A stretch of 64,000 nt of DNA, taken from positions 19,902,001 to 19,966,000 of the forward strand of contig OX597825.1 of NCBI GenBank assembly GCA_951406725.2. Reading direction: 5' to 3'. Of the stretch, positions 10,178 through 24,319 are shown in pieces (within the stretch, counting starts at the first letter, position 1; every line of letters starts with the position of its first letter). The notes below the pieces were generated by a model. The model saw only the letters and a program-made list of their open reading frames with translations, was not told the DNA's origin and made no database searches. Origin of the DNA: Octopus vulgaris (taxonomy: Eukaryota). The position numbers and the translations under genes were made by a program.

Positions 10178-12539
10178 ATAACGGCAATAAACAGCAATAT
10201 AACCGGTAGAGACTGAACGCGCTGTATTTTCTAAATGTTGTATCGGATTATTCATGTTATGTATCATTATTCATGAATCTCACAAAATAATTTGTGAAAG
10301 ACCCATTGGACAGCACTACAACATAACACAGCTCAGCATTTCTTTTCACTGATATCAACCCGCAGCAGAATTTCAAGGTGGACATCAATGTCTTTGATCT
10401 CACCATGTTTTTAGAAATCTGTAAATATCATTGAGGCATTATTTCTCTCTGTGTATAAATTTTTAAAATAGTCCAAGTGATATGAGTATAGCAAATATTG
10501 ATTGAAATAACCTGCAGTTTAGAAACAGCTTTATTGAAACTGAAAAGTGAAGCAATTCTCCGAATATCCTGGCCACAAGAACTTATTATTAATTTGATAT
10601 GTTATATCTTTGAGTTTCCTTTTCGTTCAATTCTTTTCAAACGATTATTGGTGGTATACATTATTATCTTAAATTTGCTTAACGCAGACTGATATCGTAT
10701 ATGTGAAAACTTGATTCAATGTTATGTGCATAGTATAATACTGGTACATATAATACTTATATGCAGATAGGAAATTTAAAGTTTAGCCTAGCGTGCCTGA
10801 CAGATTAATTTCTGCGGTTGACTGACGAAGAATCAGCAAATGATTCTGTAGTTTATATTTTGTCACTGGCTGTGAGTCAGTTCTAGATCGAATGTTTGAT
10901 TCATGATACATCGTAATATTGATTTCTAGTATCAGCACAATGCCATACGTTTTAGGAAATAGGAATAGTCGTCATTTAGCTAGACTCCAGTGTTTGGTTG
11001 GTACATATTTTATCGACTATCAAATAACGGCCATCTAATATCGACCATCAATAATGATATGAAAGTCAATATATATCCCGGCGGGATTTGAATATACAAT
11101 TATTAAATCTTTTATCGTGTTTATAGTAGATTGCAGGCGATGTTACCTACCCCAGTTCTGCACTGGTATGTATTTTATAGTGGCCAAGAAGATAATGAAT
11201 AACTTAGGTAGGAATTGATTGCAGTGTAATATGGACGAGTAATTTTAAAGTTTGCAAATAATGGGTTTGGTAATCACAGTAATATTGGTTCATCAGAAAA
11301 GTATAGAGAAAGCGATCCTACTTTTATTTCAAAACCTAACATTCTAATAGGTTACGAGGCTGTATGAGAAGCAAAAAATCTAAGCAATCTTCGGTGGATC
11401 AGTTGTATGTAGCCTGGTTACTACCATATCGATTCAAACACTTAACAGTAATATACATTGTACAATATACGATATTCAAATTGCTCGTTCATGTATATTT
11501 TCATTACAAAACGAAACTGAGTTGTCGGAAAGGAAATAAAAGATGCCATTCCATTATATAAATCTTTCGAACTTTTAATGCATTATTCGAACGTGAAAAC
11601 AGCAAAATGTATGTACAAATCTTTATAAAGTGGATTGAATTTGTTTTTTAACATGGCCAATTTTGTAAAATTTCTTTTGGTAGTTTTAGTTTTCTGAATA
11701 TTCTAACAATTTGGTTGGGTTTCCCTTTATAGTTTTGGTGTCCTTTGATTTTGAAAATGGCTGAATATATATGTATATATGGAGACAAACACTTATACTT
11801 TTTTTATAAGAATTCTCAAACGTTTATGTGTGTGTGTGTGTGTGTTTGTGTCCGTGTGTCTGTGTGCGTGTCTGTGTCTGTGCGTCTGTGTGATGTGTTT
11901 TGTGCGTAAAGGGAAAAAATCGTTTTCCATTTGCGGCAGACCCCAGCGATATTTACCTCTTATGCTGTCTCTAGCCGGGAATATTTGCATTAAAACGACG
12001 TTGAAATATACTTGAACATAAGTGGTAAATATATTTGCAAAACCACTTGAGGACAAATATAGCCAATAGGCTTTATATATCTTTTTATTTTTTTATTTTC
12101 ACTAACGCAATTCTTCTAATGTCTCTCAATTTATAAACGCTACAATTGAAAACCAATTTTAAGTTTCTCTTTTGTGTACCTTTATCGTTAATATTATCCC
12201 TGATATCGTTGGCCGTTCATTTTCCTTTACTACGTTTTTCTGCTAGTCTTTTATTTTGTCCTTTTATTTTCTTTCAATATATTTTTCCTCAATAAAAAGA
12301 AAAATATCTTCACTTACCAATACTCTTTTAACCTGGTCTCTCACAATAAGGATTTTTTAAAAAGTAAGCAGCATAGGGTGTCTATTGTCGTTAGAAAGGT
12401 ATTAGCGAACATTAAGATGATATCATGTTGTTATTTAAAACATCAATATTTTATTTCATGATTTTCGCCTCTGTTTTGTTTTTGTGTTGTTTCTCATTTT
12501 TTGCTTCTGCATCAGCGAGTGTCACATCCTTCAAGTTAT

Positions 12540-13960
12540 TCTTTAAGTATACCTAACAATAACATAGATTCTCATTTGCTTTCAGACAATATCGGCATTG
12601 TTTGTAAGAACCAAACAGTAGTAAAGATGTACGATGTGGAACCAAGTTCTAGACCCGTTTCTTATGACTTGAACTATCGAAATATGATTCTGTGCGGCGC
12701 CAATCAGGGTGACTCGACACGTTCAATCTTCAGGTGATTAAATGAGGCTCTAACGTGCCTTCTAATGGAATAAACCATGAACGTTTCCAAGCATGTTGTT
12801 GCAAGTGGGCATGCGCTAGGATTAATGCAGTTACAAGGTGCAACATTTCTATTGTTGTCAGTAACTCTTAGTAAATATCTGTCTTCTGATATAAGGTGCG
12901 ATACTCATCTATTTCTTGTACAAGAAATGATGGGTGATTAGCATGAGGAACACTTTTGCTGTGTTTGTCTTTACGGCGCTATTGAAAAGAATTGTGTACC
13001 ATTAAATTCCACGTTATCTACACATACATCTTCGGGGTCGGGTTTGGGATTTCATTAATATTCAGCATGTGTTGTCGAATTTTCTTTTAATGAAATCCCG
13101 ATTTTATTTTAATTTCTTGCTAAATTTTACTGCCAGCAAGGTTGAAAACCTGCTCCCGTGTGTACAACACAAAAGTAAGCGAGGACAACTATGAGTAAAA
13201 TACTAAGAGGACAGACGTTTGGAAACTTTATTTTTGTTTCAAAAATTTTGTGTTGGGTCTATGATATGTCTTAATTTTATGCATTTTGATTAAGAGTAGT
13301 AAATTTGTGTAAAGGTTAATTTCTGCTGAGATTTGTAATAACATTTCATAGAATAGTTTCATTAAGTCCTTTTCAAATCCCCCCAAACTATTTCTACTCA
13401 TGTTTTCTGTTATCGATAAACCTTTGATGGTCGTAAATTCTTCATGTAATGACAAAGTTCCGTTGAGGATGTAAAGTGCTCTGAATTCGCACACTTAAGC
13501 GACATCATAGCAACACATAGATATCAAATAACTAATCTCCGTATTTTATGAACCAGATGGTGTTATGAAAAACCAAGTGAGATTTTCTCGCGTATTTGAT
13601 TATAGCAAGGTTGAAATGACTGTCCTGTGTAATAATTTTAACAAAATCCTCAGCTTTGGGGAAGTGGGATTTGATGATTGAAGGATTAATGAGAGGGATA
13701 TCGGACAGAAAAAATGCGCAGTTCTGTTTGTCTTCGATCACCAGATGTTTTGATTTTGTTTTCATGTTTCTACCTTTCGGAAATTTTCAGGTGCTCTTTC
13801 CTATCAAAAATTTATTATGTATTTTTCCTTGCGAAAATCCGTACGTACTGATTGTTCCAAATTCCATTTTCAACATTTATTAGGTGAGTGATGTAAGGGG
13901 AACGCATTAGCCTTACAAATTAGTTGTCGTATTAGAGGGACTTAAGATCAAATCAGAAAC
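12540..13960 (-). mobile_element. Penelope-like retroelement, decayed
   Basis: Minus strand: IEDKQNCAFFLSDI..PSI..KA.DFVK..IKYARKS..W.IK.GD.LFDI..YDVA.VCEFRALYILN; HANHPSFL; ACPLATTCLETFMVY (pre-GIY-YIG). Confidence 0.75.
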
Positions 13961-14164
13961 GTGACTTGTGTGTTTCCTACAAAGTAAAGTTAGCTAGAGA
14001 CGTCTGGTTACCACGTGATAATTTTACACCGAGAGTCACAAAAATCGGAAGAAATACAGCAAATCTTCCCTGCCAAAGTTCGAACCATACTACCTCTTCA
14101 CTTTTCGGAATCGGGAACGAAAGTAAAGAGTAACAATAAATCACGATGCTATCTTCCAGTGCAG

Positions 14165-14190
14165 TATATCTGTGTGTATGTGTTTGTGTA

Positions 14191-14226
<36 letters not shown>

Positions 14227-14493
14227 TACGTGTGTATGTACGCGTGTTGTTGTTGTTCTTCGTCTTCTTATAATCATCATCATTATTTATTATTATCATT
14301 ATTAATATTGTTATTAATATTATCATTATTATTATTAGTATTGTTATTAATATTAGTATTATTATTATTATTATTATTATTATCTAATAACATTTTACTT
14401 CGCGCCCATACATTTAAATAATAAATGTAATTACTACCAACTGTGTTGGGTGCCTTTTTCATTTGTCCACTTATTCCTAAACATATATATATA

Positions 14494-14532
<39 letters not shown>

Positions 14533-14645
14533 ACGTTCGTGTGTGTATTTATATATATATGTCTGTAAGCATGTATATATACGCATATATATATACACGC
14601 AAGTGTATTCACATTCCCATGTATACACACGCACATATACATATA
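14165..14645. repeat. (TG)n, (TTA)n and (TA)n microsatellite cluster
   Basis: Direct reading. Confidence 0.9.
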
Positions 14646-14660
14646 CGTATATCTATGCTA

Positions 14661-15541
14661 GGTCTGATCAATAAGCATCCGGATTGTTGACATAGTAACG
14701 AAGCGAAAGTATGCAGAGTAAAGTCGCTAGGAAAAGATTGAGCTTGACCTCTGCCGTGCAATCACACTAAGATTTAATGTTCTTGGTCACTTCAAGTTGT
14801 TACAGGAATGCTTCGAAAGAAGGTGTGTAGCGTGTGATCGTCGCATTGACCATGGCAGAGAAAGATGTCCTAGCGATACCTACTCAGAGGTCTATGCGAA
14901 GATGCAGAAAGTGTATGGAGAGGAGTATATGAAGAGCACACAAATGTACTAGTGGAGCAGACGTTTCGAAGCTGCATGAAAAATATCGATATTGATGAAC
15001 GTTCTGAGAGACCTGCAACTAGCAGAACTGAGAAAAACACCGCAGATGTGAATTGAGCTGTGAGGAGACATCATCAAATCACCATCAATGTGGTATCAGA
15101 GGATGTGCAGATTAGTTACATTTCAGTTCAGTCCATTATCAATGAAGATGTACGAGACGCGTGTCTGCCATGTTTCTGCGAAAACTGCTTTCAGCTGACC
15201 AAAAAGGCACTCGGGTTTCAGTAGCACAAAATATCCTTCATTGTGTCGAGAACGATGAAAATGTTTTGAAAGCTTTGCATAGACCTATGTGCAGGTATCC
15301 TCAAGCTTTTGGCAAAATGTGAGGCAGATTCTCTGCTCAACTTATTCCGTCATACGCAGTAAGACGATCACACGCTACACACCTTCCTTCCAAGCACTGC
15401 TGTAGACGGCAGAAGAAAGCTAGAACGTTGAAACTTTGTGTGCAGGCAGAGCACTCTTGAACGTCAATCAGTTCCAAGTGGCTTTACTCTGCATGCTTTA
15501 GTCTTGTTACTATGGCAACAGGCCGGATACTTATTGATCAG
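14661..15541 (+). mobile_element. Internally deleted mariner-like element with long (about 180 bp) TIRs
   Basis: TIRs at about 14661-14842 and 15363-15541 (ctgatcaataagcatccgg / ccggatacttattgatcag; aggtgtgtagcgtgtgatcgtc / gacgatcacacgctacacacct). Internal N-terminal transposase remnant MQKVYGEE..W.RRF..DERSERPATSRT..QISY.SVQSII..KLLSADQK. Confidence 0.85.
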
Positions 15542-16631
15542 TATGTTTTTATAGATCTGTTTATTTCTTTAAAACTCGTAGAATATGTGCGCGCTGTGAT
15601 AGAGCGTATGTAAGTATCTGTAACATTGTTTCACCGTGCATTAGTGTGTTGTCCCGTAAATTCAGTCCCTATTCTTCCGCCAAATCAATAACATTCACAA
15701 TTTTCGTATCCATTTTTTATCTACCCCACTGAAAGTATATTTCTCAATCCTTGAGTAACTTTTAGTAGCTCTCAAGAGGCAAACTTCCTTTCTATACTTC
15801 TATCATTTTCCTTCATTTACCGTCATATCGCATATTAGCTACCATTTGACATGATATAGATTTTGAAGATAACTTTATTTATGCTGACTTAAAACGGTTT
15901 GAACCTTCTTCTGTTGTGTGCTTTAGGGACATAGAATACTTATTTGATTTGAAGGCAAGTAAATACATATCCTGCATTTTGTTTGTTTTTACTTCTATCT
16001 CTAAGATTACGATATGGATAATACTTTCTTCGTATTTCCTTTTATATTGAAATATAACTCTCTCGTATTCGCATGGAACACGGAATAGTCTAATTCATTT
16101 GAACTGTAATGAAATACGTTCGGAATATCAAGATTGATAAAAATCACAAAGTATCCAAACATGTTTATTACACAGATAGTATAAAACTATATGGAAGCAT
16201 ATATCACCAGACGTTGACCATATTCGTTTATTCTAAATGTCTTAGGATCAGTTAGTTCGGGGATTATAGGTCCATAAAATTGCCGATATTATTGATGCTA
16301 CTGCCGTTGTATGTGTTGTAGTTGTTGTTACTGCTGCTTTCTTCTTCTTCTTCCAATCAGGACTCAAGCCATTAGCCACAAAGAATGATCTCTAATTCGA
16401 GCCTACTCTAAGCTACGAAGAGTGCGTGTGGCCACTTGGAGATTCACTCACCACCCGCGATAGACTGGCGGCTGCACGGGGGCCAAAGCTACGTTGTTAT
16501 CCTCATTCCGTAAACGGTGGATTTTAACGGGTGGAGAGCTGAACCATCCTGGGGTACAGAGGATTCGCAATCTAGATTGGGGTCTGGAAGTTTACCACAT
16601 CATAGTGGGTTACACCATGGTTCCTCCGCTT

Positions 16632-16830
16632 TTTGACAGAACTAGGAAGAAAGAGTGAGAGAAAGTTGTGGTGAAAGAGTACAGCTGGGTTCACCAGACT
16701 CCTCCGCCGGAGCCTCGTGGAGCTTAGGTGTTTTTGCTCAATAAACACTCACAATGCCCAGTCTGGGAATCGAAACCGCGTTCTTACGACCACGAGTCCG
16801 AGTCCTAACCACTGGGCCATTGCACCTCCA
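16632..16830 (-). mobile_element. tRNA-derived SINE (family E)
   Basis: Minus head tggcccagtggttagg...ggtttcgattccc (A and B boxes) followed by a non-tRNA body. Confidence 0.75.
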
Positions 16831-16995
16831 CTGCTGCTGTTGTTGTTATGAAGATATTGCTGCTTCTGCTGCTAGGGCTGTTGATGATGGTAGTGGTAGT
16901 GGGGGTGATTATGGTGATGGTGACGCTGATGGTGACGGTGACGATTATTATAATCACAACGATGACGGCAATAATGATGATGATGATGATGATGA
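16830..16995. repeat. Degenerate trinucleotide tract (CTG/GTT/GAT/GGT)
   Basis: Direct reading. Confidence 0.85.
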
Positions 16996-17677
16996 GCACA
17001 TCTGCAGTTGCATTTCATTGTTGCTTAGTCTCATGTCAGTTCTTAACGTACAGATATATGAAAATGATTTTCCCATTTTAATCTGTCATTCTTTTGTGTA
17101 TTTGTACGCGAACGCGTGCATGTGTATATGCGTTTGTTTAAGTGTGTGTGACTGAGTGTTTGTGAGTGCGTGCGTGCGTGTGTGTGTGTGTGTTTACATC
17201 AGATTCCTTCAATTTCAGTCTCAAAACTGTACTTTATGTTTTAAATTGGTAAGCTGGAATGTTATAGAGATTTGGCAGCTATTTCTTATAGGTCGAAAGG
17301 TTATTAAAGACTTGTACAAATGGTAGTACTTCAAGCAAATTCCATTGTGGTTACTGATTACAATGATGGATAATGGTTTCGTAAAACAAAGAACTTGGCC
17401 ACTGAGTATTAAGTGAGAAAGCCACAATTCAATACAATGCTGCAAAAGGCTACTGATAATGACCCCACGAGTAGTTGCTCAGTGCCTATCGATTTTGCAG
17501 TCCACGCTTTCAAACTATTTATGCAGCTAGAAGATTAAACGCAATAGCTTCAGTTTTAACAAATATGTAACTATACGGAGTAAGACTTGACCGGTGTTTT
17601 GTTTTCTGTCAACAATTATTTCCATTACAATTGTGTAAAATAAACTTAAACTTGACTGGAAACCAACCCATGTATAT

Positions 17678-17905
17678 GTTTCTTTATTACCCACAAGAGT
17701 CTAAACTCACAGGGGACAAACAAAGACAGACAAACGAATTAAGTTGATTACATCGACCCCAGTGCGTAACTGGTACTTGATTTATCGACCCCGAAAGGAT
17801 GAAAGGCAAAGTCAACCTCGCGGGATTTGAACTCAGAACGTAACGGCAGACAAATACGGCTACGCATTTCACCCGGCGTGCTAACGGTTCTGCCTGCTCG
17901 CCACC
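17678..17905 (-). mobile_element. SINE family A (tail type 1) with 12 bp TSD
   Basis: tRNA-like head, core gcctttcatcctttcggggtcgataaa; aacccatgtata is present on both flanks. Confidence 0.9.
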
Positions 17906-17997
17906 AAAGTAACCCATGTATAGATGCGTAGAGATTATATCTGTAGCACTATAAGAACATGTTCTTAGTTTTCAGTTAATATTTCCAGTTATTAAGC

Positions 17998-18210
17998 CGG
18001 CAAACAGGCAGAATCGTTAGCACTCTGGGTAAAATGATTTGCGACATTTCGTCCGTCTTTATGTTCAGAGTTCATATACCATCGAGGTCAGCTCTGCATT
18101 TCATCATTTCGTGGTCGATAAAATAAGTACCGGTTGAGGACAGGGGTCGATATATTAGAATTATCCCCTTCCTCCGAAGTTGTTCGCCTTGTGCCAAAAT
18201 TTGAAATCAA
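17998..18210 (+). mobile_element. SINE family A (tail type 2), diverged
   Basis: ggcagaatcgttagcac..gagttca..tttcatcatttcgtggtcgataaaataagtacc..ccttgtgccaaaatttgaaa. Confidence 0.85.
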
Positions 18211-19742
18211 TATTTCGAGGAATCATTACGCGAGAGTAAAAACATCCGTCTTAATAACTAGGACGAAGTAATTAACTTCTGCAGCCATAAACGATTCGAA
18301 GCATTCAATTTTGATAGAGTTTTTCATGCTGGTTTCATTCTATTATTGATAGGCCTGATGTCGAATATTGCTAGCCATTGTACCAGTTGGAGAATGGTTT
18401 ATGAAATGCTTTATGAATGTGAGATTCTGAATCAAGGTTGTTGTGGGGAAAAAACTAAATGATATAAATTATATACAACGTCAGCCCTGGAACGTTTCTG
18501 TTTCAGCAAGTGAATTCAGCAATTTAATATTTATTGTATTATTCAAATAATATACACGACGTAAATACCTGTAAATAAATTGTATTCGCAAATCAATAAA
18601 TATATATGAAGAAAATATCTGTAAATAAATTATATCTGTAAATGAATAAATTATCTTTATAGCTTATGCTCGTTCCTAAATATCAACACATATGAGAGAG
18701 TTTCGAAAGAACTGGCCGTCATTTCAAGCAGTTGTGTGTCTAATATTACAACAAACATGTACTGAACAACTACAAGCTGATAATCCTGTACTAAAATATA
18801 GGAAATATTCTAAATCTATGCTATATGTAGTTATAATTTTGCTGTGATATCTTTAGAAAGTTATAGATCACGGACATCTTGAATAGCAGCGATTCGTTTA
18901 TGGGATTCTCCTACAGGTATGGTACATTTTAGCGACTGCTTCGTAGCTATTTCTGTATTATCTCTTCCATTTTCCATTTCTCTCGACCTCTTTCTCTCTT
19001 TAGGAAAATTTAAAGAGTCTTCTTCTGGTTATGGGAATTTTTTTTATATATATATATATATATAGCTGCAGTGTTTCTACGAGTATTTCGGGTATTTTTA
19101 TGTTCGCAATTCTTAATGTTATAAAAGGCAATGGATTCGAACACCTCCGAAGGAGAAAAAGAAATAGTTAATGATTAATAACGTTCTGATGCTTTATTAA
19201 CGACGCTACGCACAATACAACTGTGTTTAAATGTTATCTTCTGGCCTTTTTACTGCCGAGAACACTATCAAAAATAATGTACGTTCCTAACATTGTAACA
19301 AGAGAACATAAGCAAAAATTAAGAGATCATAGAAAGCTGAATATGGGGCTCTATTTTAGGTGTATGCTGATAGCAGTAGAAGTTTGGTTTCCGTAAATTA
19401 TTAAGTGAATCTACAAGAACGCTTATTTGCTGGTGTACATTAATAGAATTGAGAAAAAAAGCTGAATATCTCAGAGATGCCATTCGCAAAATAGAACAAT
19501 GAGGAAACAGAAAAACAAGTAACGATCGAAGTTTTTCACATCAATTTCTAGAAAGAGAAACCAAATATTCCTCAATCCACACCGTATTAAAATGAATTAA
19601 GATAAATATATAAAAAAAAATAAATAAATATATAAATGATACATGACGGTGGGCTTAAGATATAGTCCTAACGTACAGCGATTTGGCAAACGGAAACGGT
19701 GTTGAAGCCCTTCTGGTATATATATATATATATATATATATA

Positions 19743-19988
19743 CACTGAGTGTGTTGGCCAAAAGTCACCTGAGAGTAAGTCATACCCATTTAGTTCCAAG
19801 ATTAAAATAAAAAATTATTTTATAAGAGACTTCCTTAATAAATATTGAATGTTGAAAAAGAACTGTTAACTTAACTCACAGTATTTAATTATTTAACTTT
19901 CATAATTGGTATGAATAAATATAATTGAATATTAAGTATTTATCCAATGTTTATATACTGTCGGTTGAATTTTGGCCGACCATATACA
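19743..19988. mobile_element. Putative Tc1-like MITE
   Basis: Imperfect TIRs gttggccaaaagtcacc / ggttgaattttggccgac, with TA-rich flanks. Confidence 0.55.
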
Positions 19989-20345
19989 TACATATATATA
20001 TATAGATATCATTGTTATTATGCAAAATTGTCGTAAGTCCAAAATATTATTTTTTTCAGAAAACGATAAAATGGGTTCACCATTCCAGTGGGGGTGAATG
20101 AGGGGGTGTTTGTGGCTGTTTTGCATTATGGTAACGGTATATATGTATATTTATGTATGTATACATGCATGTATATACGCATATGTTTGTTATTGTTTAG
20201 ATTAAGAAGAATGCTGGAACACATGAGATGCTGGTGTGTATGTATGTGTATTTGTGTGTGAAGATCGAGTGATACAGATTCAATGACCATTGTATGTCTC
20301 TTTGAAATGTATGTGCGTGGATGGATTTTATGCATTTGAAAAGTT

Positions 20346-20500
20346 GAGTGGCTGTGTGATAAATAGCTTGCTTACAAACCACATGGTTCCGGGTTCAGTC
20401 CCACTGCGTGGCATCTTGGGCAAGTGTGTTCTTCTATAGCCTCGGGCCGACCAAAGCCTTGTGAGTGGATTTGGTAGACGGAAACAGAAAGAAACCTGTC

Positions 20501-20572
<72 letters not shown>

Positions 20573-20785
20573 ATGTGTGTATCTTTGTGTGTCTGCGTTT
20601 GTCCCCCCACCATCGCTTGACAACCGGTGCGTTTAGTCCCCGTACCTTAGCGGTTCAGCAAAAGAGACCGATAGAATAAGTACTGGGCTTACAAAGAATA
20701 AGTCCTGGGGTCGGTTTGTTCGACTGAAGGCGGTACTCCAGCATGGCCACAGTCAAATGACTGAAACAAATAAAAGATTAAAAGA
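20346..20785 (+). mobile_element. SINE family B (tRNA head, internal TA/TG microsatellite), near full length
   Basis: gagtggctgtgtg..ggttcagtccc head; cttgggcaagtg CORE-like motif; internal (TA)n(TG)n; tail ggcggtactccagcatggcc..gactgaaacaa. Confidence 0.9.
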
Positions 20786-21739
20786 GGGAGAGAGAGAGTA
20801 AAGAGTATATGCATGTGTCTACAAACTAGAGCGTCCGTATGTGTAAACGTGCCGATGTACGCGGATTCTCAAGGGGACAAGTCGTTAGAAGAAATGAAGC
20901 GGTGTACACTATATTTACTGCGTTCGACATAATTATATTAAAGCAGCATAATACTGCACCTCAATGAAATTCAACAAATCAACAGCCCGCAGAAAGTTAG
21001 ATGGATTTTCAATCAATGCCGTTTGATTTATTATTAACTAGATTCCAGTTTTAAAGCTACCTATTATGGCAGAATATGCTGGCTTCGTAAGATTTTCAAT
21101 TATGATGGGAATAAATTCTAACTTCTATTTGTATTCGCCTGAGTATTAATTCAATTATCTGCCCTCTAAACCTTCAGGTTCAATTTCTCTGGAATGCACT
21201 TTTTACTACCAGAGTTCTTTTAGTTAGTATATGATTATTTAATGTAAAATGTGATAAAGCTATTTTCAACTTAATGTTTTAATGCACTTCTCTAACTGAT
21301 TAAGCTACTTTAATAAAATAATTACGTTCAGCCAAAGATAACTTATGAGGATGTTGACTTCAAAAAAGACACATGCGTTTAAATACAGTTATACGCTTAG
21401 ATCTGTGGTAAGACTAAAGGCACATAACCCTTAAATATAGGGCCAAACTGATTACAATTATAGACACGGTAACATGTATGTCACCATTTCTCGTAAAATT
21501 ATCTTATATACCTAAACCCTGAGTTTAAATATCGCAGTGGTCAGATTTACCTTTTGTCTTCACAGGTTCGAAAAAGAAAGATACCTTCACATTGTTTAAT
21601 TGATTTACTTTACTGGTCGACTTACTCCATCTCAAATTTTAGGTCCTTGCAACAACGTTAGAAATCACTAGATAGCTATGGTTAATGTAAGGAAATCGAA
21701 ATCTTCCCGAGAGAAAAATCCATGTCAACAAGCGAAATG

Positions 21740-22137
21740 TGCAGGTGTCTTCTACTACAGCCTCGGGCCGACTAGAGCTTTGTGAGTGGATTTGATACAC
21801 AGAAGCTGAAACAAGCCAGTCGTATGTATGTATGTATGTATGTATGTATGTATGTATGTATGTATGTATGTATGTATGTATGTATGCGTGTATGTATGTA
21901 TGTATGTATGTATATGTATATGTTTATGTCTCTGTGTCTGTCTCCCCAACATCGTTTGACAACCGATGGTGGTGTGTTTACGTTCTCGTTACCAAGTGGT
22001 TCGGCAAAAAGAGACCGATAGGATAAGTACTAGACTTACAAAGAATAGGTCTTGGGATCGATTTACTCGTCTAAAGGCGGTGCTCTAGCATGGCCGCAAT
22101 CAAATGACTGAAGCAAGTAAAAGGGTGTAAAAGGGTG
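21740..22137 (+). mobile_element. SINE family B, 5'-truncated, internal (TATG)n
   Basis: Aligns by eye with 20420-20785. Confidence 0.9.
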
Positions 22138-24319
22138 TTAAATCATCAGATTATATCTAAGATTCTCTCCAAATAGCTGGCTATATACATCCCAATGTAT
22201 ATATCAACGATATAAAGTGTGATCCCTAATTTGGATTGGCAGAAAAAGATAACAGACTCAGCAACTAAGAGAATTTAGTTACCCTTTTTCTGCGTTCTCA
22301 AAGGATACAATGTCGACTTTTGTCTTTTATTCTCGCGGGACTGATAAATTTGCATACCACACATGTACCAGGGTCCATTAATTAGCTCCATCTCTTCTCT
22401 TTCTTTGACTTAGCTTTTTCCTATGTAAGTAATATGCTTCAAACGTAATTTCCTCTAAAATTTTAACTCCATAAGAATTTACTAACAACATGAATAGAAT
22501 CAAAGATTGTAAATTGACTGAATCTCAACGAACTAGTTTAACGAGATTTTTCGTTTGCTTTTTACTTTATAAATTTGAGATACTTTTGGTATAGGAGTAT
22601 AAATTTCCTTATTACACCAAACACAGAATTTTCAAAAAGAAGCAGCTCTGATGCAGACATGTAATCGAGTCATGCTCACATACATTCAATTATACGTATA
22701 TACATACGTATACACTACATTGCATAATGTTAGGATCATAACTAAGCAAAAGATTCGTTAAATAAAATAAATGAATACAAGTATAGACATGATTTCATAA
22801 GTGAAGATGTCTCGCATGAAATAGAGAAATTAAGCTTACTTAATTACCATATGTTAACGTAAAATGCATGATGTTGTTATAATTCACGTAATTAAAGTTA
22901 CAGAGATATCTAAATTCCTAGTTTAACTTCATTACAACACTACCATCGGCCATTTTGACATTTCTTAGCAGGCTGTTTAACCTTTTCTATTGAAATAGAA
23001 CATCTATCGAACAAGACATTAAAGCGATTTATGTAAATGGTGTCGCAGAAGTACAGTCCATCATAATTACATTAACACAGTTTGAATATACAAATAGACG
23101 CAGAGAGCATATCGAATGAGTTGACACCAACCATTACTTTAATAATATTACTATGCACACACACACACATAGCAATAAGCACCTATACCATTATAACTAT
23201 ATATTAATCGAACATGAATAATAAATTAAACTTATTTAAATAAGAATGAGATTTATAATATCGTCTTCTCTAAAGGCAACATAATCTTCGCGTAAGGATA
23301 ATGTCACAAAGTCGTATCACAAGTCACACGTATAGTTTTAATGTTTAGACCTTAGACTTACGGAATATTTTCATTTGTTCCGCTAGTTATTCTGAAGAGA
23401 TGAAGTATTGCTTATAGAAATAGAGAATGTTGGTCCACTCGACTGCGTCGACTTTTATTTTAACTTCTGTTTTGTTTTTTAAGTCTTGAGGAGAAAAGAC
23501 ATCATTTTTTACCTTTTCCTCGGCTCCCGACGTTGTAGGGAGGAGCTGCGCAGTTTATCCCCTGAGTAAAATCCAGTTCCAACTGTTTGTAGAATCTGCC
23601 AAAGCAATCAAATACCAAACACAGTCGTTAAATTATGCTGCCCAAGGGATTTAACCTGTCACTCAGAGCTCACTTGCTTCGTACATTTGACTGATCGAAT
23701 GGTAAACAAGATACAGAATAGTTTCAAAGATTACAGTAAATATGATAAGTGTAACTACAAATATTAATTAACTTGTTAGGGGTGAAGTAAAATAAATATC
23801 ACGAGAAGTGCAAACGGGAGATTACAGTGAAATTGTCTGGGTTTAAAAGTCTCAAAGCCACAGTTCAAATATGGTAAACCTTCAGAACATCCACCCGACA
23901 ACTGTTTCCACTATAGTTTGTTGTACAGTAATTCCTTGTTCCAAAACTTCCCACAGAAACCTGGATATATAATGCAGAGTTCGCGATATAAATTTACATA
24001 TATTAGCCGGAAACATCCGCGATGTACTGAGTGCGGGATATGTGACCCGCGATAAGTTGAAGGATTATAAACATACTTCAGTATAAAAACAGTAAAAGAG
24101 GAATAATATACTCTATGTTCATCCAGTTTAAGCTTGTTATATTAGCACCTAACTCCTCAAACAGAGACCCCATTATATCACTTCGTTATGTTTCGAAACA
24201 ATGGCAATGTAAATAAGTAGAGCTGTTTCAAGTGAATGTCGAACCGGTGTTTTGATGTCGATGAAACAAGAGATACATTTTTTTCTTGTATTGTAAAATG
24301 GACATATTATGATATTATA

